Shown here in pieces: positions 16,182 to 26,700 of a stretch of 52,427 nt of DNA. The stretch lies in IMG/VR virus record IMGVR_UViG_3300043452_000009, positions 1 to 52,427 of that record; one strand, 5' to 3'. Position numbers and translations under genes: made by a program. The first letter of the stretch is position 1, and the number at the start of each line of letters is the position of its first letter. The DNA is from a virus (taxonomy: Duplodnaviria > Caudoviricetes). Under the pieces are notes generated by a model, which saw only the letters and a program-made list of their open reading frames with translations, made no database searches and was not told where the DNA came from.

Positions 16182-18617
16182 ATGAAAGACGTACAAATAT
16201 CAATTAATCAAATAGGTTTTCCTAATCAGTTCGCAACAGACAAAGAAAAAGAGTCTTACGAATACGGATTAAAAATTGGCCAAAGCATTCAATACGAGTG
16301 GTTTAGAAAAGACGGACGTTCTTGTCGTTTCTATAATCAATGGTCAGATTACCATAGATTAAGACTATACGCAAGAGGAGAGCAATCTATTCAAAAGTAT
16401 AAAAACGAGCTATCAATAGATGGGGATCTTTCTCATCTTAATATAGACTGGACTCCTGTTCCTATTATACCTAAGTTTTTAGATATAGTTGTGAACGGTA
16501 TGAACGACAGGCTTTTTACTATTAAAGCTTTCGCTCAGGACGCAATGTCTACAGAGAACAGATCTAAATTCCAAGAGTCAGTACAAGCTGACATGGTGTC
16601 AAAAGAGTTGTTACTTCAAGTTAAGAACGACTTTGGTATTGATGCCTTCGAAACAAAACCAGATGATTTACCAGAGACATCAGAGGAGCTTTCGTTATTC
16701 ATGCAAATGAATTACAAGCCTGCCATTGAGATCGCTGAGGAAGAAGCTATAAATACTATCCTAGAGCAAAATAGATACTACGACATAAAAAAACAGGTAG
16801 ACTACGATATTGTTACTCTAGGTATAGGTATGGCTAAGCATCAATTCCTTCCAGGAGCTGGTGTTAAATTAGATTACGTGGATCCAGCTAATGTTGTTTA
16901 CTCTTACACTGAGGATCCTAAATTTAGAGACTGCTTCTACTGGGGAGAAATTAAAACAGTACCTATTACTGAGTTACCTAAAATAGACCCTACGCTTACA
17001 AACGCTGACTTAGAGGAAATATCTAAGTATAGTAAAGCTTGGTTTGATTACTACAACTCAGCTCAGATGTATGCCAATAGCTTGTTTTATCAAGACACAG
17101 CTACATTAATGTACTTCAACTACAAGTCTACAAAGAAGATTGTATACAAGAAAAAAATAAAAGAAGACGGAACAGAAACCTTAATAGAGAAAGACGACAC
17201 CTTCAATCCTACAGAGGATATGATGAAGGATAGAAACTTTGAGAAGGTTGAAAAAACTATTGACGTATGGTATGACGGTGTTATGGTTATGGGTACTAAT
17301 ATACTTTTAAAGTGGAAGCTTTCTAAGAATATGGTTAGACCTAAATCAGCTTCTCAGTATGCTATACCTAACTATATTGCTGTTGCTCCTAAATTATACA
17401 AAGGAAAGGTTGAATCTTTAGTAAGAAGAATGATTCCTTTTGCTGATTTAATTCAGATGACTCACTTAAAACTACAACAAGTAATTCAAAGGGTTGTTCC
17501 TGATGGGGTATTTATTGATGCAGATGGTATTAATGAGGTAGACTTAGGTACGGGAGCGGCTTACAATCCAGAGGACGCGTTAAGACTTTACTTTCAAACG
17601 GGTTCTGTTATCGGACGTAGTTATACTGGTGACGGTGAGTTTAATAATGCAAGGGTTCCTATTCAAGAATTAAACACAAACAGCGGTCAGGCTAAAATAA
17701 ATAGTTTAATCGGAGGTTACAATCATTACCTAAGCATGCTTAGAGATGTAACAGGATTAAACGAAGCTAGAGATGGTTCTATGCCAGATCCTAATAGCTT
17801 AGTAGGCCTTCAGAAGTTAGCGTCAGCTAATTCAAACACAGCTACAAGACACATACTAGAAGGAAGTTTACATATAACAAGATCTTTAGCAGAGGCTGTT
17901 TCTTACAGGGTAGCTGATATTCTTGAGTACTCAGATTTTAAGGATGAGTTTATTTTACAAATAGGTAAATATAATGTAGGTATACTTGATGAAATTAAGG
18001 ACCTATATATTTATGACTTTGGTATATTTATAGAGGTTACACCGGATGTTGAAGAGAAGGCGCAGTTGGAGGCTAATATTCAAATGGCATTGTCTAAGGG
18101 AGATATAAACCTTGAGGACGCTATCGATATTCGTGAGGTAAGAAACCTTAAGCTTGCTAATCAAATCTTAAAACTTAAGAGAAAGAAGAAGCAAGAGAAC
18201 GACCAGAAGAACCAAATGATGCAAGCTCAACAGCAGTCAGAGATAAACATGCAGTCTCAACAGATGGCAGCTCAGACAGCTATGCAGAAGATTCAAGCGG
18301 AGACTCAGTCTAAGATACAAATCAAGCAAGCTGAAATAGCTTTCGAGATAGAGAAGCTTAAAAACGAAGCCGAGCTTAAGACTCAATTAATGGACAAGGA
18401 GTTCCAATTAAATATGCAGTTAAGAGGAATAGACACTGAGCTTCAGATGTCTAAGGAGGACAAGAAGGAAGCGGCTAAGGATAAAAGAATAAGCATACAA
18501 AATACGCAGCAGTCTAAATTGATAGAGCAAAGAAAGAATAACCTACCTCCAGTTAATTTTGAGAGCAATGAGGATTCGCTTGATGCATTTGATTTAGCTG
18601 AGTTTGAGCCTAGATAA
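16182..18617 (+). CDS. portal protein
   Basis: 811 aa directly after TerL; PIIPKFLDIVVNG, RDVTGLNEARDG, Gln-rich coiled-coil barrel typical of podoviral portals. Confidence 0.88.
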   Translation: MKDVQISINQIGFPNQFATDKEKESYEYGLKIGQSIQYEWFRKDGRSCRFYNQWSDYHRLRLYARGEQSIQKYKNELSIDGDLSHLNIDWTPVPIIPKFLDIVVNGMNDRLFTIKAFAQDAMSTENRSKFQESVQADMVSKELLLQVKNDFGIDAFETKPDDLPETSEELSLFMQMNYKPAIEIAEEEAINTILEQNRYYDIKKQVDYDIVTLGIGMAKHQFLPGAGVKLDYVDPANVVYSYTEDPKFRDCFYWGEIKTVPITELPKIDPTLTNADLEEISKYSKAWFDYYNSAQMYANSLFYQDTATLMYFNYKSTKKIVYKKKIKEDGTETLIEKDDTFNPTEDMMKDRNFEKVEKTIDVWYDGVMVMGTNILLKWKLSKNMVRPKSASQYAIPNYIAVAPKLYKGKVESLVRRMIPFADLIQMTHLKLQQVIQRVVPDGVFIDADGINEVDLGTGAAYNPEDALRLYFQTGSVIGRSYTGDGEFNNARVPIQELNTNSGQAKINSLIGGYNHYLSMLRDVTGLNEARDGSMPDPNSLVGLQKLASANSNTATRHILEGSLHITRSLAEAVSYRVADILEYSDFKDEFILQIGKYNVGILDEIKDLYIYDFGIFIEVTPDVEEKAQLEANIQMALSKGDINLEDAIDIREVRNLKLANQILKLKRKKKQENDQKNQMMQAQQQSEINMQSQQMAAQTAMQKIQAETQSKIQIKQAEIAFEIEKLKNEAELKTQLMDKEFQLNMQLRGIDTELQMSKEDKKEAAKDKRISIQNTQQSKLIEQRKNNLPPVNFESNEDSLDAFDLAEFEPR

Positions 18618-18645
18618 CGCTTAAAAACCGTATAAATTTTATTAA

Positions 18646-18653
18646 TAACTTTG
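18646..18653 (+). promoter_or_regulatory. -7 element TAACTTTG for the scaffold-capsid operon
   Basis: TAnnTTTG in an intergenic gap, 15 nt before ATG 18669. Confidence 0.7.
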
Positions 18654-18668
18654 CAAAAATTAAATCAA

Positions 18669-19769
18669 ATGGAAAATTTTATTGTAAAAGACCTTGGTGT
18701 AGCTGAACAAAAATCAGTTCAAGAGGTTGAAAATGAATTGCTACAGAAGCACGAAGAAAAAATGAACCAACAAACGGTTCGTGATAATGAAGATGAGACC
18801 AAGGACGATACTCCTGTTAATGAAGCTCAATCATTAGAATTAAAAGACGAAGACGTTCTTTCATATATTAAGAATAGGTACAATAAAGACGTAAACTCAT
18901 TAGAGGATTTGTTCGAACAAAGAACAACTAGTGAAGATTTACCAGAGGATGTTTCAGCATTCTTGAAGTATAAAAAAGAAACTGGAAGAGGAATCGATGA
19001 CTTTATTAAGTTAAATAAAGGATACGATGAATCAGATCCAGAATCAATATTAGCAGAGTACTACGCTCAAACCGAAGAAGACTTAGACGAGGATGATATC
19101 AAGTATATGATTGAGGATAAGTTTGGTTATGACGAAGATCTTGATGACGAAAGAGATATCAAGAAGAAGGAAATGGCTAAGAAAAAAGAGCTTGCTAAAG
19201 CTAAGAAGCATTTAGATTCTTTAAAGGAACAATACAGAACACCTCTTGAGTCAAGGGGAGGTTTAGTTTCTGATGAAGAAAAAGAAAGCTACGAGGCTTA
19301 CAAGAAATACGTCCAAGAGGCACAGACTTCTCAGCAGGAAAGTCAAAGAAAATCTCAGTATTTTCAACAGAAAACGGAGGAAGTTTTCGGCAATGAGTTC
19401 AAAGGTTTTGAGTTCAACGTTGGCGATAAATCGATTACGTTCTCGCCTGGAGATGCGAATGAATTAAAATCAGCCCAGTCAAACCTTGACAACTTTGTTT
19501 TAAAGTTTATCGGTGAGGATGGTTTGATTAAAGACGCTGCTGGATGGCATAGATCTCTTTCTGCTGCTATGAACCCAGAGAAGATGGCTAAATTTTTCTA
19601 TGAACAAGGAAAGTCAGATGCTCTAAAAGGTTCAGACATGAAGATGAAGAACATTGATATGCAGACGAGAAATTCTCCTCAGTCATATACGAACAATGAT
19701 TTTCAAATTAAAGCAGTAAGCTCAGAGAGTTCTTCAGGACTTAAAATTAGAAGTTTAAAAAACAATTAG
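18669..19769 (+). CDS. putative capsid scaffolding protein
   Basis: Highly acidic helical protein between portal and MCP; ATG 18669 preferred over TTG 18651. Confidence 0.65.
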   Translation: MENFIVKDLGVAEQKSVQEVENELLQKHEEKMNQQTVRDNEDETKDDTPVNEAQSLELKDEDVLSYIKNRYNKDVNSLEDLFEQRTTSEDLPEDVSAFLKYKKETGRGIDDFIKLNKGYDESDPESILAEYYAQTEEDLDEDDIKYMIEDKFGYDEDLDDERDIKKKEMAKKKELAKAKKHLDSLKEQYRTPLESRGGLVSDEEKESYEAYKKYVQEAQTSQQESQRKSQYFQQKTEEVFGNEFKGFEFNVGDKSITFSPGDANELKSAQSNLDNFVLKFIGEDGLIKDAAGWHRSLSAAMNPEKMAKFFYEQGKSDALKGSDMKMKNIDMQTRNSPQSYTNNDFQIKAVSSESSSGLKIRSLKNN

Positions 19770-19788
19770 AAACTAAAAACAATTCAAA

Positions 19789-21216
19789 ATGGCTGGTAGC
19801 TTACAATCGGTTCCAGGGTTTAACCTGCAACCAAGTACAGAGAAAAAAACTCTTGCATCAAATTACATTACAAATTTCGATTTCTTAAATCAGTACTTAC
19901 CTGATACATATGAAAAAGAATTTGAAAGATATGGTAACAGAACAATCGCTTCTTTCTTAAGAGCAGTTGGAGCTGAAATGCCATCTAACTCTGACCTTAT
20001 CAAATGGGCAGAACAAGGACGTTTACATACTAAATACATCAACTGTACAACTACAGCTGCTTTAGGTGATGACACGGCTACGTTTACAGTTAACGATACT
20101 TTAGTACCGGGAGCTACTACTGCAAGTAGTGGACAAATCGCATTCAGAATCGGTCAAACCGTATTTGTTTCTGATAACGCTTCTACAGTTTCTAACAAAG
20201 CAATTATTACTGCTGTAAATTACGCTGCTGCTACTTTTACAGTTGCTTTCTACGAAGCAGGTGGTATTGGTGTTGCAGGTGCTGGTAAAGTATTCACATC
20301 TTTCGTTTACGGTTCTGAGTTCAAAAAAGGAACTGAAGGAATGGTAGAATCAGTTGAGCCATCAGACTTCATCTTCGAGAACTCTCCAATTATCATCAAA
20401 GATAAATACGCAGTTTCAGGTTCTGAAATGGCACAAATTGGATGGGTTGAAGTTACAACTGAAAATGGAGCAACAGGTTACTTATGGTACATCAAAGCTG
20501 AGCACGAAACTCGTTTACGTTTCGAAGACTACTTAGAAATGTCTATGATTGAAGCTGTTCCAGCTGAGGCTAACTCAGGAGCTGCTGCTACATCAGGTTA
20601 CGTTGGTAACAAAGGATCTGAAGGTTTATTCTATGTTGTAGGACAAAGAGGTAACGTTTATGCTGGTGGTAACCCAACTACTTTAGCTGATTTCGATTCA
20701 ATTATCCAAAGATTAGACAAGCAAGGTGCTATTCAAGAGAATGCATTATTTGTTAACCGTCAATTCTCATTCGACATGGACGATATGTTAGCTGCTCAAA
20801 ACTCTTACGGAGCTGGTGGTACTTCATACGGTTTATTCGACAATGATAAAGATATGGCGTTAAACTTAGGATTTACAGGATTCAGAAGAGGTTACGACTT
20901 CTACAAAACTGACTGGAAATACTTAAACGATGCTACTACTCGTGGTGGTGTTGTAGGTGGTGCTGTAAATGGAGTTTTAGTTCCTGCTGGTTCTACAACT
21001 GTTTACGACCAAGTATTAGGTAAAAACGCTAAGAGACCATTCTTACACGTAAGATACCGTGCTTCTGAAACTGAAGACAGACGTTACAAAACGTGGATCA
21101 CTGGATCTGCTGGAGGAGCTTCTACTTCAAGCTTAGATGCAATGGAAGTTCATTTCTTATCAGAAAGAGCTTTATGTACTTTAGGTGCTAACAACTTCGT
21201 GTTGTTCGAAAACTAG
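19789..21216 (+). CDS. major capsid protein
   Basis: 475 aa after the scaffold; strongly biased codons (GCT, GGT, TTC, AAC); followed by a strong terminator. Confidence 0.85.
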   Translation: MAGSLQSVPGFNLQPSTEKKTLASNYITNFDFLNQYLPDTYEKEFERYGNRTIASFLRAVGAEMPSNSDLIKWAEQGRLHTKYINCTTTAALGDDTATFTVNDTLVPGATTASSGQIAFRIGQTVFVSDNASTVSNKAIITAVNYAAATFTVAFYEAGGIGVAGAGKVFTSFVYGSEFKKGTEGMVESVEPSDFIFENSPIIIKDKYAVSGSEMAQIGWVEVTTENGATGYLWYIKAEHETRLRFEDYLEMSMIEAVPAEANSGAAATSGYVGNKGSEGLFYVVGQRGNVYAGGNPTTLADFDSIIQRLDKQGAIQENALFVNRQFSFDMDDMLAAQNSYGAGGTSYGLFDNDKDMALNLGFTGFRRGYDFYKTDWKYLNDATTRGGVVGGAVNGVLVPAGSTTVYDQVLGKNAKRPFLHVRYRASETEDRRYKTWITGSAGGASTSSLDAMEVHFLSERALCTLGANNFVLFEN

Positions 21217-21229
21217 GATTAAATAAAAT

Positions 21230-21266
21230 ACTTAGGGTGGCAAGTCGTCACCCTAAGTTATTTTTT
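21230..21266 (+). terminator. intrinsic terminator after MCP
   Basis: ACTTAGGGTGGC-AAGTC-GTCACCCTAAGT 12-bp stem followed by TATTTTTT. Confidence 0.9.
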
Positions 21267-21292
21267 AAGTTAAATAAATTAAATCACATTAA

Positions 21293-22039
21293 ATGAAAAA
21301 CTCAGTAAAAGTTTCAGAAGACAGAATCTATGTCTTAAAAAGAAAGTTCAAACCCTTGAGCTACATGCTACCATCTAAAAATACAAACAGATCAAACCTA
21401 TTTTATTTTGATGAAGCAAAACAAACAAACAGAGCGTTAAGATACGCTAAAAATCAAAAAAGTCCTTTTGAAGACATGCAAGATGGTAATCTAATTTTAG
21501 AGCCTATTGTATTTGTTGATGGAGCATTAAGTGTTCCAAGAAACAATCCTGTATTACAAGAGTTCTTAAGTTACCATCCCGGGAACGGAACAATATTTGA
21601 AGAAGTAAACACAGAAAGAGATGCTTCTACTGAAATTGAAAAATTAAACTATGAGTTAGACGCTCAATTATCAGCAAGAGATTTAACGGTTGAAAAATTA
21701 GAGACTGTTGCTCGTGTTTTATTAGGTTCTAAAATTGACACTATGTCTACAGCAGAGCTTAAGAGAGATGTTTTAATTTACGCTAAAAGAAGTCCTCAGG
21801 AGTTCTTAGAGGTATTAAACGATCCGATGTTAGAGTTGCAAAATACTGCTGCTAAATTTTTAGATCAAAACTTATTAACGCTTAGAAATAACAATAGAGA
21901 TATCTATTATAACTTAGCTCAGAATAAGAAAAAACTATTGACAGTTCCTTTCGGTGAGGATCCATTATTTATTTTAACATCATTCCTACAGTCAGACGAA
22001 GGAATCGAGGTTTTAAGATTACTGGAGAACAAGCTGTAA
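21293..22039 (+). CDS. hypothetical protein downstream of MCP
   Basis: 248-aa ORF in the head module; no motif recognised. Confidence 0.75.
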   Translation: MKNSVKVSEDRIYVLKRKFKPLSYMLPSKNTNRSNLFYFDEAKQTNRALRYAKNQKSPFEDMQDGNLILEPIVFVDGALSVPRNNPVLQEFLSYHPGNGTIFEEVNTERDASTEIEKLNYELDAQLSARDLTVEKLETVARVLLGSKIDTMSTAELKRDVLIYAKRSPQEFLEVLNDPMLELQNTAAKFLDQNLLTLRNNNRDIYYNLAQNKKKLLTVPFGEDPLFILTSFLQSDEGIEVLRLLENKL

Positions 22040-22060
22040 GATTTTATACATTACTACAAG

Positions 22061-22090
22061 AAGCACTCTATTTTAGGGTGCTTTTTTTTT
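22061..22090 (+). terminator. intrinsic terminator
   Basis: AAGCACTCTA-TTT-TAGGGTGCTT stem-loop running into a T9 tract. Confidence 0.88.
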
Positions 22091-22092
22091 AG

Positions 22093-22100
22093 TATCTTTG
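22093..22100 (+). promoter_or_regulatory. -7 element TATCTTTG restarting transcription for tail genes
   Basis: TAnnTTTG immediately after the terminator, 15 nt before ATG 22116. Confidence 0.78.
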
Positions 22101-22115
22101 TAAAAACTTTTTAAT

Positions 22116-22811
22116 ATGATTAATTCAGTAAGAGCTACTGTAATGTCGGCTGCTAACAAAAATAATTTTGGTTACATTACGCCAGAGGATTTTAACTTAT
22201 TCGCTAAGCAGGCACAGCTTTCTATTTTTGAAGACTACTTTTACCAGTATAATTTATGGATAATTAAGCAAAACGCTAGACAATCAGGATCTGGACTTGC
22301 TGACATTGTAAAAAATATTGAAAGTGTTATAGAAGGATTATCTGTAATAGGAGGATTGGTTAATGTTCCAACTACATCGAATTTTACAATTCCAACAGAA
22401 TGTTATTTTATAAACAGCTTAAGATATAACAATAAAGAGATTGACAAGGTTACTGCTGATAAGATTCTATATCTTAATTCATCAAACCTTACAGCTCCTA
22501 GTTTATTATATCCTGCCTATGTTTTAAACGATAGCTTAGCTACAGTATACCCAACAACTATAAGTTCTGGTGTCTCTTTACAGTACATAAGATACCCTAA
22601 AGACCCTAAATGGACTTACACAAATATTGTTGGAGGAGAACCATTATTTGATCAATCAGCTTCTGACTACCAAGATTTTGAGCTTCCATTAACTGACGAG
22701 CCGTTATTAGTAGATAAAATATTACAGTTCGCAGGATTATCTATAAGAGAGGCCGATGTTAACTCTTTCGGTAACTCTGAAGAAACTAAAAACCAACAAG
22801 TACAAGGATAA
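22116..22811 (+). CDS. head-tail adaptor / tail ring protein
   Basis: NKNNFGYITPEDFNLFAKQAQ...YIRYPKDPKW...DFELP, resembling crAss/phi14:2-type ring proteins; position fits. Confidence 0.65.
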   Translation: MINSVRATVMSAANKNNFGYITPEDFNLFAKQAQLSIFEDYFYQYNLWIIKQNARQSGSGLADIVKNIESVIEGLSVIGGLVNVPTTSNFTIPTECYFINSLRYNNKEIDKVTADKILYLNSSNLTAPSLLYPAYVLNDSLATVYPTTISSGVSLQYIRYPKDPKWTYTNIVGGEPLFDQSASDYQDFELPLTDEPLLVDKILQFAGLSIREADVNSFGNSEETKNQQVQG

Positions 22812-22814
22812 TAT

Positions 22815-23732
22815 ATGGCATATTTAAACGGATATCAGTACTACGAAAATTCTGGCGTAGCACCTCAAAATCAAAACTGGGGTAGTTACCAGTACACTTT
22901 GTTAGGAGACATAGTCAATAACTTTATTTTGATGTATGTTGGTAATGACAAACTTATAAATAACGTAAGCAAATACAACGTTTTATTTCACGCAAAAAGA
23001 GGTATTCAAGAAATTAACTACGACGCAATGAAGGAAATTAAAGTCCTTGAAATGAGCGTCTGTGATGACTTGAAATTTATTTTACCTCCAGACTATGTGA
23101 ACTATGCTAGAATTTCTGTTTACAGCAATGGTGTGCTAAGACCTCTATCTGAGAATATACAGGTGATGTCTAGTAACAGTTATCTTCAGGACAACAACTG
23201 TAATGTTTTATTTGATCAGAACGGAGACATCCTTGAAGGAACTTCTCTGCTTGATTACGATAGGCTTACAAAGCAAAACAAAACAATCTACCTAGGTGGA
23301 GGTCCTTTCTACGGTAAGTATGGATGGAATATTGACGGTAACTGGGTTTTTGATTACAAGGTTGGAGCTAGGTTTGGACTGAATACAGAGACTGCAAACG
23401 CTAACCCTACATATAACATAGACAAGGCTAACGGTGTTATAAATTTTAGCTCAGACATGGCTAATGAAATTTGTATTTTAGAATACATATCAGACGGTAT
23501 GGAAGGAGGGGATGACTCTAAAGTGAGTGTGAACAAGCTTTTTGAAGAATACATATATGCGTACATTAAGTATGCGCTTTTAAATAATAAGACAGGAATA
23601 AACGAGTATGTTGTAAACAGAGCTAAGAAAGACAAAACAGCCCTTTTAAGAAACGCTAAGATAAGAATAAGCAACATGCATCCAGGAAGATTATTAATGA
23701 ACCTAAGAGGTCAAAACAAGTGGTTAAAATAG
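22815..23732 (+). CDS. tail ring / structural protein
   Basis: LPPDYVNYARIS...ILEYISDG...EEYIYAYIKY; sits between adaptor and muzzle. Confidence 0.65.
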   Translation: MAYLNGYQYYENSGVAPQNQNWGSYQYTLLGDIVNNFILMYVGNDKLINNVSKYNVLFHAKRGIQEINYDAMKEIKVLEMSVCDDLKFILPPDYVNYARISVYSNGVLRPLSENIQVMSSNSYLQDNNCNVLFDQNGDILEGTSLLDYDRLTKQNKTIYLGGGPFYGKYGWNIDGNWVFDYKVGARFGLNTETANANPTYNIDKANGVINFSSDMANEICILEYISDGMEGGDDSKVSVNKLFEEYIYAYIKYALLNNKTGINEYVVNRAKKDKTALLRNAKIRISNMHPGRLLMNLRGQNKWLK

Positions 23733-26700
23733 ATGGCAAATATAGGTATAAATGAAACCGTAACTTTTATCTCTGGTAAAATGAACAAGTCCTTTGACGA
23801 GAGACTTTTACCAGATGGTGAATACATCGACGCTTTAAATATAAGAATAGGATCAACAGAGCTAAGTAGCATAGGAGCTATTGAGAATGCTTTAGGTAAC
23901 ACCAAGTTAACTTTTATCCCTGGACTTACAAGTAATGCAGAATGCATAGGAGCTCTTGAAGACGGTGCCAACGAGACTGTATATTGGTTTATTGCCGATC
24001 CAACTGCTCTTGATATGATTGTATCGTATAACGTTGGAACACAAACACTTAAGTACCATGTTAAGTCTGTTAATGTTTTAAATTTTGATAAAAAATATAG
24101 AATAAACGGAGTTAATTTAATTGACGATTTGTTATTCTGGACGGACAACTTAAATCCTCCTAGAAAAATAAACGTAAAAAGATCATACCCTTTACCAAAT
24201 CCTACTGATCAAATAACAGAGGATGATATAAATGTTATAGTAGCTCCTCCGACTGGGGCTCCTAATATTCAATTGTTTAATGTAGCTGGAGAGGAGAACT
24301 ACATAATAGATAAGTTTTTGTCTTTTTCTTACAGGTACAAGTATTTAGACGGAGAGTACAGTGCTTTATCTAAATTTACAGACATAGCATTCGAACCAGG
24401 TTCGTTTAATATTGACTACTCTACGTACACAAACTCAGGTATGGAAAACCTGTTTAATACAATAAAGGTTTCTTTCGATACTGGAAATGAAAACGTTATA
24501 GGTATCGACTTGTGCTTTAAATACTCTACATCTAACATTGTAAATGTTATAGAGAAGTATAGTAAAAAAGAACAAGGATGGGCTGACAATACTTCTGAAG
24601 AGGTTTTATTTAACAACAAAAAAATATACACCGTTTTACCAGAGAGTGAACTACTAAGACTGTACGATAACGTACCTATAATATCTAAAGCCCAAACAAC
24701 AATGGGTAATAGAGTATTCTACGGAAACTATGTTGACGGTTACGATGTTGACGTAGATTTAGATTACGATGTAAAAGGAATTAGTGAACCTATAAGTGTT
24801 GATAGATTTAATCTAACAGAAACAAATGGATATTCTTATAGTATAGATTCTTCAAACATACTTTCTATAGATAACTCTAAAATAAACATAGACCTGTCTA
24901 ACGCTGAATTAAAAGAAGGTTACACGTTAACCATAGATTTTAATTTAATACACAATCGTTTTAGCGGAAGCTCTTTATACCCTCCTGGAGCTCCTATAAA
25001 TATATTTCAAGAGATATTTTATTACACGTTCCCTAGGGATTATACAAGTGTTTTTGATTTAGGTACTGATCAAGATTTTATAGACGCTCTATATACGCAT
25101 CAACCTATAGCTTTAGCTAATGAAGGATTATCGTTTACTGATTTATTTAATAGATCTTTAATTACAAAACAAATATCATCTGGCGTTCCAGCATGGACTA
25201 AAACAGGTAGTGGTATTAACAACGATAACGGAGGTTTTGAAATAACCGTAAATACAGGTTCTAATATACTAGGTATTCAAGTACCGGCAATGGAGTTTTT
25301 TGTTGAGTCTCCTACAGGTGTAATGAATTACGCTTACGAGTACTTTGAAAACGTTTCAACCGAGGCGTATATAACAAACCCTGGAAGCAAAAAGAGCTTA
25401 CATAGTAATAGAGATTATGAGTTAGCTATCGTTTATATGGATGACTACAGCAGAAGAAGCACTGCTTTAACTGTTACAAATAATACCGTATTTTTTCCAG
25501 CCTCTACATCAGACACTAGGAACTACTTACAGGTGTCTGTAAATAACACAGCTCCATCTTGGGCTAAAAGATACGAGTTTGTATTAAAGCCTTCTAAGAC
25601 AGGTTACGAAACTATTTTTTGCAACATATTTTTTATAGACGAAGATGGTTATACATGGTTTAAATTAGAAGGAGACAATAGAAGTAAGGTAAGAAATGAT
25701 CAAAGGCTTATAGTAAAAAAAGATTCATCTGGTGTTTTAAACAGCTTGGTAATAACTAAGGTTTTAGATATAGAAGCTAAGTCTAGCGGATTTATAAGCG
25801 GAGGAGCTTTAGAGCCGGCTGGAACTTATATGAAATTAAAGGCTTCTAATTTCCAAGCCACTTATCTTGAAAACTCTTACGTATCAAGAGAGATTGTTAG
25901 TTGCGGAGAGGACTATCCTTCGGCTCAAATACCATTTCATCAGAATAATCCACAATACGATAATACATTACCAATAACACCAGGTAACCAGCCTTACATG
26001 CCTATACCTGTTCCAGCTGGGTCTTTAATCACTATAAGAATTAGATTTAATAGAAACAGCTCAGGTAATAGTTGTGGATCAAGAACCTATGACTACGATA
26101 AGAATTTTGTTTCTAATCAGGATTATAATAGTTTTTATGATTTTATACAAGGACAACAAATAAACCTTACTAACGGTGTTAGTTCTGGTGATGACGATAT
26201 AGTTAATCTAAATGTTCAATCATCTGTAATAGCTAACTATGAACCTTTACTTCCTTTTTCATGTTCTACCTCTGGATTTATTAGCCCAACACCTAGTATT
26301 AATAAATATCAATTTGCAGAAGGTTATGTTGGTAATAACCCAGCTAATCCTAAAGATGGGCGTTTATATTTTGGATTAAGAGGAGGTACTCCTTATTGTA
26401 GTGGAAAATCATCTATGTTAAATGGTTACATAGTAATACAGCAAGCAAATTCTTCTTTTATTTTTGAAACAGAACCAGCTGAAGCTGATGGAGAAATATT
26501 TTACGAAAACGATCAAGTTTTTGATATTGTAAACGGGTTCCATCAAGGTAACGTAACAAATCAAACATCTGGCCTTAATTCAGCTGTATCTAATCTAGAC
26601 TTCTTTAACTGCTTCTCATTTGGAAACGGATGCGAAAGTTATAAGATTGGAGATTCATTGGTCGGCGCTCCTTTTTACATAGGTAGTAGGGTTACGGCTG

